In this document: one piece after another, positions 28,454 to 41,769 of the stretch
Layout of the letters: each line of letters opens with the position of its first letter
Numbering within the stretch: the stretch's first letter is position 1
DNA from: Azolla caroliniana
Taxonomy: Eukaryota; Plantae; Polypodiophyta
Assembly (NCBI GenBank): GCA_043228905.1
Contig: JBHGNT010000006.1
Location: 2,542,001-2,606,000 of the forward strand
Length of the DNA stretch: 64,000 nucleotides
Direction: 5' to 3'
The notes under the pieces: model-generated
What the model saw: the letters and a program-made list of their open reading frames with translations, nothing else
The model's database searches: none
What the model was told of the DNA's origin: nothing
Translations under genes and position numbers: made by a program

Positions 28454-30988
28454 TCAATTCTGGTGCGTGAGTAGTGTATTGTCACAATATATGTTTGACA
28501 TTAAAACATATGGAGCAGCTTCCTCTGGCTGAAGTTTCACCGCTTTATCGAATGCACATTTACCGAGCAGCACATTACCATGTGCACGACATGCACCCAA
28601 CAAGCATAACCACAGTGATATATCAGCCTTATCTGGAAAACATTGTAATAAGTTTTCAACCAAATCTAGGCCTCCAGCACGTCCTAATAAATCTACCATA
28701 CAAACATAATGTTTCAAATCTGGCTCCATGCCATACATTTCACTGATAGATACGAAGAATTCAACACCCTTTTCAACAAGTCCAGTATGGCTGCAAACTG
28801 AAATAAGCGAAGTGAATGTAGGGCCATCGGGCCAATTCAGTGTGAAGTGCATTTCAAGGAATAGTTTAAAGCTTTGTGTATAATCCCCTTCTCCAGCATA
28901 GCCAGAGATGCAAGAATTCCATGCCGCAACACTTGGGATTGATAATCCTAGAAATACTACCCAAGCATCACACATGCTTGCACAACACCCATATGCATTA
29001 ATAAGAGAGCTAATCACGAAAATCCGAGAATCATATCCAGCATAAGTGATAAGAAAATGAAGATGTTGACACATCTCCAAACATCCGATTTCACTACAAG
29101 CTTGCAAAACACAAATAGTTGTCACATCATTCATAACTACGTGGTTCTTCTCGAATTGTTGATATAGACGTAATGCCTTCTCTCCTTGCCCTTGATCGGC
29201 ATATGCTGAAAGCATAGCATTCCATGATACCGTATTATACTCAGACAAACCATAAAATACACTTTCTGCCTCTACAAAAGTTCCACATTTACCATACATA
29301 CTCACAAGCGTTGTACCTACAAAGAGATCTGATGCAAATCCTGCTTTCCGCAGATCAGCATGCAATGCACGACCAATTTCATGAACCTTTTCTTTTGTTA
29401 ATTGCACTTCTGTAGTCATACAAATTTCGTCGTTCTCTAACATGGTAGTGCAAGCCTGAACAACAACAACAAATGTTCCTTGGTTTGGACACAATCCTTC
29501 TTGTATCAACTGCCTATAGCATAATAAAGCTTTCATTCCTTCCCCTTGCTCAACATATGTAGAAAGTATGGCATTCCATTGCAAGATTGTATGTTGTGGT
29601 AGCCTGGAAAACACATTTTCTGATTCAGCAAATGCTAAATAGTTACCATACATACCCACCAAAGTGGTCATAACAAATGCATCCAACACATAGAACTTCT
29701 TTTGAGCATCTGTGTGTAATGATAGGCCAATTTCTGAGAAGATATATTTTTCCTCAAAAACAATGTCTTTATTTGTTTCTTCAAGAATGCAACATGCTTG
29801 AAGAGCACTCACAAAAGTTTGTTGGTTTGGATCCATGCCTTCAGCGTGCATCTCTAGGAATGCTTGCAAAGCCTTCTTTCCTTGACCCCCTTCAACATAT
29901 GATGAGATTAGTGCAGTCCAAGAGATAACACTACATTTTGGCAAATTTTGGAAGACCTCTTCTGAATGCCTAACAGTGCCACATTTACCATAAAGACTCA
30001 CAAGTGTATTAGAAACAAAGTCATCCATAACGAATTTCTTTCTTTGAGCATACGAATGCAGTGCTTGACCAATTGCCAACGCTGTCACTTTATTTTCCTT
30101 TTCTATATAATATTCATCCTTCTCTGCAAGAACACCACATGCTTGCAAGGTGATGAGGATTGTTTGGCAATTAGGAGCTATTCTCTCTTCATGCATTTGA
30201 CGATATAGTAGTAAAGCTCTATCTCCGAGTCCTTGATCAACATAAGCTGAGAGCATAGCATTCCATGATATAAGATTTCGCAACCTCAATCCAACAAAGA
30301 CATTCTCGGCTTCTTTAATTTCCCCACACTTACCATACATGCTCACTAATGTGGTACCAACAAAAACATCTTCTTCCAAGTGCTTATGTCGCACACTTGA
30401 ATGTATATTCTTGCCTTCAATCACATCTGGAATATTTCCACAAGCTTTCAAGAGACTAACGAAGGTATAATCATCAGGTTCAACACCTTCTTCTTGCATA
30501 TATTTATACATTATAAGGGCTTCCCGACTCTGACCACGTTCTACAAAGGCTGAGATGATAGCGGTCCATGTGAAAACCGAACGACATGATGATTCATTGA
30601 AGATCTCTAGTGCATCTTCGAGAGAACCACATTTCGCAAGGGTCATAACCAATTGTTTTCCAAGAGATCCACATATATCTAACTTGTGTATTCCAATAAG
30701 AGCACGGATTCGATGAATACATGGCAAGTTTTTCCCTCTAATACAAGCTTTCAAAAGAGAAATGTAAACAATATTTGGCGGGGGTCTAGAGATCTTTTCA
30801 AGTTGATCCAAAGCTCTTTCGAGGGACCCGTGCTCCCACAAATCTTGATTCTCATGGGTTTCTTCATATGCATACACAGAAAACGCTTTGTAAGGACACA
30901 ACGTGGGTACCTGAAATATGAAAGAAATGGGACTTCTTCGAGTACTTGCAAACACATGACGATGTATACCGAGGTCTCCAAGAACCAT
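28454..30988 (-). CDS. PLS-class PPR protein, E subgroup without DYW (candidate organellar RNA-editing factor)
   Basis: 844-aa ORF with repeated VFVGTTLVSMYGKCG / ISWNAMLSAY / TFVSLLKAC motifs. It ends HYVCMVDLLGRAG...WLCLLGACRAHGN...PYVLMSNIY. The true start is uncertain (acceptor-like TTTCAG near 30911). Confidence 0.92.
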   Translation of the reverse strand: MVLGDLGIHRHVFASTRRSPISFIFQVPTLCPYKAFSVYAYEETHENQDLWEHGSLERALDQLEKISRPPPNIVYISLLKACIRGKNLPCIHRIRALIGIHKLDICGSLGKQLVMTLAKCGSLEDALEIFNESSCRSVFTWTAIISAFVERGQSREALIMYKYMQEEGVEPDDYTFVSLLKACGNIPDVIEGKNIHSSVRHKHLEEDVFVGTTLVSMYGKCGEIKEAENVFVGLRLRNLISWNAMLSAYVDQGLGDRALLLYRQMHEERIAPNCQTILITLQACGVLAEKDEYYIEKENKVTALAIGQALHSYAQRKKFVMDDFVSNTLVSLYGKCGTVRHSEEVFQNLPKCSVISWTALISSYVEGGQGKKALQAFLEMHAEGMDPNQQTFVSALQACCILEETNKDIVFEEKYIFSEIGLSLHTDAQKKFYVLDAFVMTTLVGMYGNYLAFAESENVFSRLPQHTILQWNAILSTYVEQGEGMKALLCYRQLIQEGLCPNQGTFVVVVQACTTMLENDEICMTTEVQLTKEKVHEIGRALHADLRKAGFASDLFVGTTLVSMYGKCGTFVEAESVFYGLSEYNTVSWNAMLSAYADQGQGEKALRLYQQFEKNHVVMNDVTTICVLQACSEIGCLEMCQHLHFLITYAGYDSRIFVISSLINAYGCCASMCDAWVVFLGLSIPSVAAWNSCISGYAGEGDYTQSFKLFLEMHFTLNWPDGPTFTSLISVCSHTGLVEKGVEFFVSISEMYGMEPDLKHYVCMVDLLGRAGGLDLVENLLQCFPDKADISLWLCLLGACRAHGNVLLGKCAFDKAVKLQPEEAAPYVLMSNIYCDNTLLTHQN

Positions 30989-32522
30989 CAGTTGCCATCA
31001 TCTTTAAGTCATAGAGCATTGTTCAGATTGTGCTTCTGACCCCTCTGTATTGCTATGGATGATTCGGCCTAGTGGGCAAGAGCATCCATGGACATCCATA
31101 ATATACTTATATAAGAAATTGTTCAGTTTTCTCCATCCTCCACCTCCCTCTTTTTCTTCTTCTTTTTCCACTTGTTCTCTTTCTTGCTCTGTTTCTGCAT
31201 GACACCACACCCAACGATATTGATGGAGCAGGGCATTGTGGCGATTAGTATTATATACTGACTGCTCGATTAGTGATTAATGGAGGTTATTATTAGATTA
31301 GTGTGGCTCCTTTTCCTTCTCTTCGGATGATTTTACTTGGTCACAAAACTTCCTCGAATCTTTTGGGTGTGCCTTGTGGACACATTCCCGACCATCCGTG
31401 ACAATGACTGTCCAAGACGCACGCTAAGTAAGTAGCGTTAGATTGTTTGGAGCCGGACTTGGAAATGAAATTCGTTGCGGCAACTCAACTCCATACTTTG
31501 GGAAAGTTTGTATTGATTTGTCCCCATAGGGTCAGTCCCTCGAGTCCTTTGGCTAGCATATTGGGAAACTCTATTATTAGACTTTGATATTCCTTTATTA
31601 TTGTTTTGAACCGCTGCATTTCAATTGTAGAACCACGTGTCACTGCAATTTAGCATAAACATGCAATTAGGACTTTCATCCCACATGTGGTTAACAAGTA
31701 GTGATGCCCCTTTGGTGGACTTCAATGAGTAAATAATTGAGATAGGCTGCTACTTATGATCACTTCACCAAACACCTCTCTATGAATCACATGCCATTTT
31801 TTATTTGTAGAGTGTGCGGTCAAGCTATTGGTTCCTTACGACATGTTTTCATCTAAATCCCAATATCTTGGAGATAAATCTGACTAACCTAATGTTGGTC
31901 CTAGATATTATCTAACAATATAAGGACTTGGAATGCATCATAGAATTATCAGAGGATTAGGGTTTGTATAGTGGAGACAAACGATTCATCAAAGATTGTG
32001 GCTTGCTTATTTTAAAGCTTAAATTATAATATCAAGGATTTGTTGAGGTCTTCATGGAACTACAATGTTATGGATTCTACTCACTTGTGTTCTCATAATA
32101 GTTAGTCCCTAATAACCACATCATAATCATGTTTGAGTATACATATATACATTAATTGGCACTTAAAGACTCATCTTAGGGAATCTCTTTTGGATAGCAT
32201 GTGGTAGGGACGCTTCGTAGTTCAAGAATTTGCATCATGTTTTGGTCTCTTTTCCCTATATTGTTGTATGGGATAAATACTTTGCTCTTTTTCACTTCTT
32301 TTTAAACAATCATCATCCTCAAGAACCAACCACTATCCCCACAATTTGTTTTAAAGCGAGTAAATGTGGGCTTAATTGAAGTAAGTCTTCACCTCTAAGA
32401 CTAAGACTCTCATGGGGACATAGAAATCCTATGGAGCCAAGGTGTAATAGATGAAAACAATCATTCAAACGATTTAATTTAGACTAGAAACAATAAATTT
32501 CTAATCCTTCCATAAGCACGCA

Positions 32523-32960
32523 TGGCAAGCCGTGCGAGCATTGGGAATCAGTTTTTGGTTAACTGATGGAGAAGCTAGCTAGAGTGCAATACTTGTCTAA
32601 AAAGGATCCCAAAAATTGTGCATTGCTATACCTTGCTTTACAACACAAGAATGTTTTAATGAGTCTTTTTAAGCCGAGCTGAGATGAGAAGGATAAAGTT
32701 TTGTATGTATTTCTAATTTGAGATTTTTAGGAGTAGAAAAAATAGATTGTTGCATTAAATGCATATGTTCTAATGGAAAACACCGTCGAGATCTTGCTGT
32801 AGCATTCTTCTTTCTTGATGGTGATTTAAGATCATATTAGTTGACATGGTAATATAGAATTACTTTTATTGGATAATAAGGGCAAGAATTGAAGCTGGAC
32901 CAGAGATGATAGTTCTCCTACACATCTTAAGCAGTATTTGTTCTTGGCAGCGGTGATGAA
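32523..32960 (+). pseudogene. Fragment of a DMXL/Rav1 (RAVE complex, Rav1p_C domain) gene
   Basis: Reads WQAVRALGISFWLTD / MEKLARVQYLSKKDPKNCALLYLALQHKNVLMSLFKPS*DEKDK...AL.NAYVLM.KHRRDLAVAFFFLDGD. This matches the Rav1p_C pattern KDP..CAL.Y.AL...A.KNAY.L.GKH..E.A.AFF.L, with several stops and frameshifts. Confidence 0.8.
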
Positions 32961-33287
32961 CATTGAGATTAAATCTAGAACAACATCTCTTTCGGTGATG
33001 AACATTGAAATTGATGTTAACACTTACCTTTGGTCCTTTCTCGAATGATCTATACTTGTTGAGATGGAAAATATTATAGACTATTTGTATATTGGCTTTG
33101 GCCACTTTAATTTTAATACCAATGGAGGATATTTTTTATGGAAAATTCCAATCCTTCCATGGCTTTCATGAATTTAAATTACTAAGTGTTTGACTAAGAT
33201 TGGCCAGTTTTCCATTGCATTTGTGGCATTGAAGTCACATAATTGAGTGAAGCCAAGTTTGATCCTGGCCATGGGCTTGGCCCCATT

Positions 33288-33562
33288 CATAGTATGAACC
33301 ATACGTACCATACGTGCATTCGCATTCGCGAATGGTTCAATCATTCGCGAAAGGAAAACACCCTCAAAGAATGATAAATACCATACTTTTCGATTAACTA
33401 TTTATTATGAGGTAGATAAGCCTAAATATGAAAAAAAAAACATTAAAATAATGGGAAAAAACAAAAAAAAAAACACAAGAATGTTTGGATACCATTCGCA
33501 TTCGTTTTCCAACGTAGGAAAACGAATGTTATACTAGACGAACACGAATTTTACGTACTATG
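33288..33562. mobile_element. 275-bp hAT-type MITE
   Basis: Termini CATAGTA / TACTATG. An 8-bp TSD GCCCCATT lies at 33280-33287 and 33563-33570. Subterminal CATTCGC/CGAA motifs are present. Confidence 0.75.
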
Positions 33563-34123
33563 GCCCCATTCAATAAATCACAATCAATCTCCCATCAACC
33601 ATGAAAATATATTTATCTATCCCATAAGCCATGCAACATTTTACAAACATGACCCATCCATAACGATGTATTCTTCAACAACATAGACTCAATCTTTTGT
33701 GTCACCTCAAGGTGTGTGCCACTGAGGGCATGTCTATTGATGGACAAAGTTCTACCTCCACGCAAATATTGCGAGCCTAGCGATTCCAACTGTCGTGTAA
33801 TTGGTAGCGAACCAAGAAAGAGTAATTGACAATCACTCTTGAGCCTCTAGTTGCCAAACTCTAAGATTACGGAAATTAGAAGACAGAGCTCAATCTTAGG
33901 TTATAGGAAGAGAGGAGAAGAGTTACAAAAGTAATTTAAAGTGACTTTATAACTTTTTTACAAGGAAGTTTAGCCTCTTTAAGAGTAGAGTGGTCATTTG
34001 GTCTAAAGTTATGAGGGAAGTTTCGTTCCTACACTAGTGCAAGAGTCATTGTGAACCGTGTTAGGTAGGATGGGTACACAACACCTTCATACTAAAATAT
34101 AACTCATATAAAGTTCATATTTA

Positions 34124-35400
34124 GTGAGTTGATATTTTGAATGTTTTAGCAAATTTACAACATTCGGAACTCAATCTTCATATTAAAAACTCATCTAAAG
34201 TGAGTTGACATTTGGAATTTTTATTTTTCCCCAAAAAATATACTACATTAGTATTAGAAAATGTCATAAGGCTATACATACAAGATATACCACAAATCTC
34301 CTTTTTTCTAAATCGTAACCATCGGCTTAAATAAATACTTGGTGCAGAGTAAAGCTACTCCACCTTATCAGAAAGCCGCCTATAAAATATACCTATGTCC
34401 CAAATGGCATGAAACTCCAATCGCTTAAGCTCCGCTTGTTAGGTATTACCTTTTATACTATCCAACAAACCTCTGAGATTATGCACAATCTCTGTCCCTA
34501 GAAATTATTTGGGCAGGTCTTTTAGTCACATTTTGAAATACCTTCAGATATCGAGCCTTCCAAATATACCAAATTGTAATACTACTTGCCGCTTGCCATA
34601 TTTGAGGTTTATTAGTCTCTATTTGTGGATTTAAAGGTATCAATTTTTTTCCCATCAAACCATGTCTCATCACAATAACATCTACAAGCTCCTCTTGTTC
34701 ATATACCATAGGTTTGTCTTGTACCATAGCCCATAATATCATTCCCCATATATACATGCTCGAGGGCATACTCGTATTGATAATGTTATGATTCGTTTCC
34801 GTATGTCCACAACAAAACCACAACTCCACAAACAATGCTTAGCTGTCTCTACTAGATCCATACAGAAAGGACGCATCTTCTCTACATTCCTCTTTCACCA
34901 CCCATTAATTGGTATAGCTTTATGAACCAACAACCAATGGAAACAAACAATTTTTCTACTCATTTTTAAACTCCACACCATTTCCAAAATTGTTTGAGAT
35001 ATTGTGGAGAAAGTCCATTTCGTCTCCAAAAGACATTTGAGTTGGTTCTTTCCAGGATCTAACACCTAATATATTTCCTACCAATCTTCACAGAATATTG
35101 AAAAAAAGGCACATATTTTATCTTATCTTGAACCCACACCTTCCAATACAGTTCTCCCAAGATCCCAAGATAATCTAGATACATATTGGTCTCCTTTCCA
35201 TAATCCAAATCCTCCAAAAAGATTTCACCTTTTGTGGATCCGAATCTAAGACATTTGGAATGTCGTAGCAAACTTATTGACATTCATAAGTCAATCTTCT
35301 TATTTAAAAACTTGCCCAACATGAGTTGACATTTGGAATGTTGCAACAAACTTACCAACGATCGTAAGTCAATCTATGTATTAAAAAACTTGTCCAAATC
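34124..35400. repeat. ~80-bp degenerate tandem repeat interrupted by a LINE insertion
   Basis: The unit TGAGTTGA(C/T)ATTT(T/G)GAATGT...CAATCT..TATT.AAAAACT recurs at ~34124, 34200 (split) and ~35322. Confidence 0.7.
34219..35249 (-). mobile_element. Second, shorter and degenerate 5'-truncated copy of the same LINE family as 23939-26192; 12-bp TSD
   Basis: Same 3' end (CCAAAAAA.A.ATACTACATTAGTATTAGAAA) and homologous peptides (KPQIWQ..SSITIWYIWKAR, GELYWKV..QD.IKYVPFFQYSV). TSD GACATTTGGAAT at 34207-34218 and 35250-35261. Confidence 0.88.
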
Positions 35401-38400
35401 ACATACTAGAACTCTTCATATTAAACAATTTACTTTTGAAATCTTTAAGCAAAGCATATAGAAACTTCCAAATCAATCATATCAATAGAACTTAAAAATA
35501 TACTAACACTTTTATCATTAACAATAATAGCAACAGAATTATCTCATTAATTATTTTGAGAAAGAAAAAAACAAAAACCATTATGTTTGCTCATTAAGAC
35601 AATACAAAAGGAAACACCAAACATGATTTAGGCCTTGCATTTGTGGGTCTAGGCATATTAATCGCCTGAACATGAGCTCACAATCTTTAGATAGAAATCC
35701 AAGCCTTGTGTCTGCTCATCAAAATAATAAAAAACTTTACATGACACAAGCATTACGTTTGATGGGTGCGAGCCTTGCGTTAATGCTCTTTTTGTCTCAA
35801 TTTCAAAGTAATTAAACAAAAGAGTTGGAGTCTATACGGCGAACACAAGAATTTGTGTTCACAACAAATATAGAAATAAAAAAACTTCAGCCCATGCTTG
35901 AAGTACTAATTTTCTAAAACTTAAGTTTTCTCAATAGAAAAGAGTGAAAACTTTGGTTTTCTTGATTGATTGTAAGGTTTTCTTTAATTAATAATGTGCT
36001 AAAAATAACAATGCCACTTCTTCATCCTTTACGGAAATAGTATAACAAATATCATATTTGCAATACATAATTAAAAAATAAAATCTCAAACCCAAGAGTT
36101 ATTAAAGAATGGTATGGGTATTTGATATTGGGGTTTAAAATAACCCAATAGGATGTGACTTTCCATTATTTCCTCAAGTGTATATATAACAGAGGAAAAA
36201 GAATGAATTGCCCATATAATAATGGGTCAAATGCCACATATAACTACGTTCGCTTGAATAACTTGTTTCTTAGTAAAATAAACTCTGAGAGCTTCGTTGT
36301 CGCCGTTCCTGCCCCTACAACAACCTAACAATGTCTTCCTCTCCTGCAGAAGCTAGTGACCGCCAAAATCAGAAAGCACTAGAAGAGAAGAGTCAACCTG
36401 TCCTGGTAATCCTCTTCTCTATTCTTAATAATGGATTTATTTAGCAAAAATTAGGGAAGTTTATAGTGTACATAAGGGAGAGGGAGGGAGAATAAGTTAA
36501 GGAAGTATTTGCTCAGTTATGGATGAACCGTCGACATCAACGCTCCCAGAGCGATCTAGTGCACCAGCTTCAACCCAATCTCTGTCGAAGGGACTTAGAC
36601 ATCAACCTAGTGCTAGAGGATGAAGTGATTGTTATGCAAGAGGTGGTTCGTCTTCAGGCCGTCTCAATAGTGGTAGAGGTTTTGGGAAGCCGGTCGAACA
36701 AAGGGGATCTTCAGCATTTGTTACATGCTTCTGTCCAATCAGATTTGGATAAAATTATTGACATTAAGATATTAGGACGTGGCTGCTATCAATTGGAATT
36801 CGAGAACGTCGAATTGATTTCCCGTCTCTTGTCTTTGGGCTCAACATATCTTAAGGGTGCCTGGACAGTTTTTTATCCTTGGTGTCATGGATTTAATATG
36901 GTAGCATTACAGGAGGATTCAACCGCTATGTTCACTTGTACGGAGGTTTCCCAGGTTTGGATAAAGAATGGAGGAAGATATTGCCTAAACTAGGTGCATC
37001 TATTGGTAAGGTCTTGGCATTTCACTCACGGACTATGAAGGAGGTTTTGGAAGGAGGAGCTCCATTGGTGAAATTGTTATATCGAAAGGGAGATAAATTG
37101 CCACAATGGATTCGATTGCCAAATCTAGATAGAAATGCTTTTCAAAAAATTAAGAAAGTTGTATATTATGGTTTACTAAATCAATGTTACATGCGTAAGG
37201 AAATAGGTCATCTTGCCAAATTTTGTTCATCGGAACAAGATATTACTTGGTCCGGTGAAGGTCTTCCTCAAAAGCCTTTGCAATGGCAGACTGTGAATAG
37301 ACGACAAGTGTTTCGGGGAAAGAAAAACATTGATTTGCCTGATAGAATTTATGATAATCCTTTGCAATATTTTCCGCTTTTGAATACTGTTTCACAGTCA
37401 GTGGAAGCACATTATGAGCTTGTACCTAGTGTCGCATTGGATTACGTTGATACTTTGTAGGCTATTATGGTTTGGGAGGTTGGACTTTGTGAGGATGTTG
37501 TGCCTATGAGTAAATCTTCAAAGATTCAAAAGATGGTCCAACATTTAGAGAATCAATCAAACATGCAAGTATGTCCTTTTAAGCCAGGAATTCAACAAAC
37601 TTCTATCTCTAAGGACATTGTTCCGTTTTCTTATGTTGAGATTGTGAGAAGGAATGTAGAGGATCACTCTAAGGAGATGGTGTTGCATGCTAAAAATGTT
37701 CCCATTCCTTATCAATTTTAAGCCTCTAATAGTGTAGTTGAGGCTGTAGGGAATAACAAAAATAGAGTATACAAAGATTCCAGGAATTCTAATATGGAAC
37801 AAGAATTACTCGAGTGGTTTATTTAGCTCAGAAGGAACATAGTGGTATCTTGAAGGATAAAAGGTTGTTGTCTCCCTCCTTGTGATATGGATTCGTTAGC
37901 TTTACTCTCTTGGAATGTACAAGGGTTAAGAGGTGATACATTTCATAAAGTCAAAGGTTTGTTCAATCAAGAACTATCATCTCAATATGTGGGTAAATTT
38001 GACGTTTTATTGATACAAGAGCATCATTTATCACAAAATAAGGTGGCTAAAATTCGTAAATTCTTGAATGGAAGGTAGTTTTATGATTGGCTTTTGGCTT
38101 TTGGGCCAACTAGAACGCAAGGGGAGCTTGTTATTGCATGTTCTGAAAAATGGGCTTCTTTGATTGTAGACAAAGGTTTTTATACAGGACAGTCGTGCCC
38201 AATTTATAGTTTTAAAGCTATTAGAGAAAAAAGTTAGTTTCTTGAATGTTTATGCTTGGTGCCAATTGTGAAATGATCTCCCTATAATGGATCATTGGTG
38301 CATGGTTGGGGACTTTAACATGCTTGAAGATCCTTGCGATCATATGGGTGGGAGCACATTTACAATCTCAGGTGCTGAATTGCTGAGTGGGAAAATTTAT

Positions 38401-41400
38401 GCTTTAAATTGAGCTTGCATGACTTATGGTTTATGCAGTCTTTTGCAAGAAGGGTAGAGTCATTGCAATTTTGTCGGTCGAGCAGGCAAGTAGGGGATGC
38501 CAATCTCTCTAGGATTGACAGGTTTCACACGGATCAGGTTTTTTGGGATTTAGGCGGATCTCTAAGAATAGTGCCGAGTACAAACTTTCGGATCATGCAC
38601 TAGTAAAGCTGACTTTGAAATTGCGATAAACTGTATTTCATGATCATGCTAAGATTCCAAAGTGGATTCTGAAGGATGATTCCATTACAAATACGGTTGC
38701 TTCCCTTTCGTCCAGTGTCTTTGATCCTGATAAGTTATCTAAGGTTTTTGTGGCTTTATTTCAGCTTAAACAACTGCTTTCAGGTAAGGCTAAGGAACTT
38801 TCTTATCTCTCGATTGACAAATGCAAGAAGAGGGTTGACCTTGATTCAATGCTTGCAAGGAAGAGATCTCAACTCAATTTATCTTGAAAACAACTTACAG
38901 AGGTTAAGATATGAGATTTTTCTTATGCAATCTAAAATTGCTTATTTTAAATACTCTACATTTGTAGCAAAATGGTCTGAAAAAGGGGACAAAATGTCTA
39001 AATTATTTTTTGATGTGGTTACTCCAAGACTACGTAAGTTTTAGATGGGTGCATTTGTTGAGCGCAAGCTCAATTGGAACCGGATTGACTGAATAAGCCT
39101 AAGCCGGCAAGCGAGATGGATTGGTAAGCCGTGAGCAACCGAGTCGGCAAGCAATAGAGCCGGTGAGCTGGGGAGCCGGTTAGCCGGATCCAATCGGTAA
39201 CCGGAAGCCTAGTATTAGTTTAGACTACTAGGCAATTATAGTCTCGTAGTAAGTGTTAGAAGCTCGTGTGAGCATTGAAGTATGCGGTACTTCTGTCAGT
39301 CCCACGAGGACTTGTATAAATAGTGCTACTGAGCACAGTTGTATGTGACAATGTGATTATATCGTTTTTGAATATAGCTTTTACGTTCTGCTCTTTCTGT
39401 CTCTCCCGTGTACTCTGTGTATTCTCTGATTTCTCTGTTTTCTAATGCTTCCGCAAGTAATCGTTTACATGGTATCAGAGCGCGATGGTTGAGAACCTCT
39501 CCAACCGACAAACGCTTGAAAGCAAACCCTAACAGGTCGTAAGAACAAGAGACAAAGAAGTGATGGATAGAGGAATGGCTAGCTCGCTCCCTGTGGAGAA
39601 ACTCGACAGATCCAACTATGCATCTTGGTCGTATAAGATGCACTAGTACTTGCTTGGGCATGGCTACTGGAGTTTCATCGAAGGAGCCAACGAAACAACA
39701 CCTGATGCGGCACATAAGGACTTCCCAGTGTGGGAACAATCGGCAAGTAGAGTGATGTACTGCTTCGTGTCCAGTGTCGGAGACCAACTGCTGAGCCACA
39801 TTCGAGTCGCCAAGACGCCGAAGGAGGCTTGGGGGAACCTGAAGAAGGTTTTCGCCGTGAGCACTACAACCCGGAAGCTGCAACTTCGACAGGAGTTGAG
39901 CAATGTCCGACAGAAGGACATGTCGGTGGCGGATTACACGACCCGGATCAAAGAGATCTGTGACTCGCTTGCCTCTATCAACGCTACCGTAGAGGAAGAT
40001 GAGATGGTACAAGTCTATCTTGGGGGCCTGGCGTCTAAGTTTAGAGCGTTCCGAACGGCGGTATGTACAAGGGAGAATACGCTGTCATTTTTCGACTTAC
40101 AATCGATGCTCCTTGTAGAGGAGAACCACGCCGGTGCGTCAACTAGCGCACCCACGGGCAACCGAATGTTGTACACGGAGGCGGATCGGTCCCATGGGCG
40201 TGGTGGACGAGGCGGGTCGGCACGTAATGGAGGCGGCCGACAAGAGCAAGAACGAAGGCACAGAGAACGTGCCGACAACAGTTCCGGGACTTCCACCGGC
40301 AGGGGGAGTCATGGCGACACCGGAAGACGGCAAGAGAAGTCTGCAACTGAATGCCGGTACTGTGGCAAAAAGGGCCACAAAGAAAGCGAGTGCTGGAGAA
40401 AACGCGCCGATACGGACAAATCCGGATCCGGCAAGGCCGGCAAGGATGGCCGACAAAGCTCGCACTACGCGAAGGGATCGGGAGGATCCAAGAACGGTAA
40501 TGGGCCAGACTTGGTGATGAAGCACGAGGCGAACTCGATGAAGAAGACCACTTCCAAATTGGAGGAAGTGTGGTATGTTGATTCCGGTGCATCGAACCAC
40601 ATGATGAACCACAAAGAGTGGTTCTCCTTTTTGGAGAAACCGGATCAACCAGGAGTAGTCGAAACCGGAGACGACACTCCTCACCCAATTGTGCACGTCG
40701 GAGAAGTCCATTTGAGCCACATCGGACAGAAGGGGAAGCTGATGAACGTATTACACATTCCGACAATCACGAAGAACCTGGTGTCGGTCAGACAGATCGT
40801 CGACCAAGGGATGCAGGTGCGGTTTACGCACCTCGAGTGCTTCATCGAGGAAAAGGGCCAGATTATTGCGCAAGGGCGTAGAGACGGGAGGATGTTTATC
40901 CTCGACACCAATGACGTCGGCACCGCTCTGTTTGCAAAAGGATAGAAGGTCGAATCGGACATTGACCTGTGGCACGAGGATAGGCCACATCAATTACCGG
41001 AGGCTTCAAGACCTGCAAGCGAAACAAGTTGTTTTCGGTTTGCCGAAGTTCAGTGGCCGGAAGGCCCAAATATGTGAAGCCTGCCAACTCAGGAAGCAAC
41101 ACCAGCTTCCATTCCCTACTGAACGTAACCGGAGCCGTAACAAGCTCGACCTTATCCATTTAGATGTGTGGGGACCGGCACAAAATGTTAGTCTTGGCGG
41201 GAGTCGATATTTCGTCTCCTTCATCGACGACTATACGCGGCACACATGGATCTACCTCATTGAGCGGAAGAGTGAAGTCTTCGAGTGTTTCCGGAGTCTC
41301 CAAAGCATGGTGGAACGGGAATCGGAGAGGAAGATCAAATGCTTGCGGTCAGATGGCGAAAAAGAATACTTTTCCGGCCAATTCAATAGTTATCTGCAGC

Positions 41401-41769
41401 AAAAGGGAATTCGGCGAGAGTTCAGCTGCAGATACACACCGCAACAAAACGGTGTTGCGGAGAGAAAGAACCGGTCGCTTATTGATGCGGCAAGGGCAAT
41501 GCTAGAGGAGAAGAGCATGCCCAAATTCTACTGGGCGGAGGTAGTCCGAACGGTTGTCTACATCCAGAATCGGATCGATGACAAGGTGTCAGCTCACGAG
41601 CTGCATTTCAGGCGCAAGCTGAATTTGAGACACCTTAAGATCTTCGGCAGCATTGCATATGTGCATGTACCGGATGAGAAGCGGAGGAAGCTGGATGCAA
41701 AATCGGAAAAATGCATCCTAATCGGCCATGCTCAAGAGCAAAAGGGTTATAAGTGTTATAACCCCTGGA

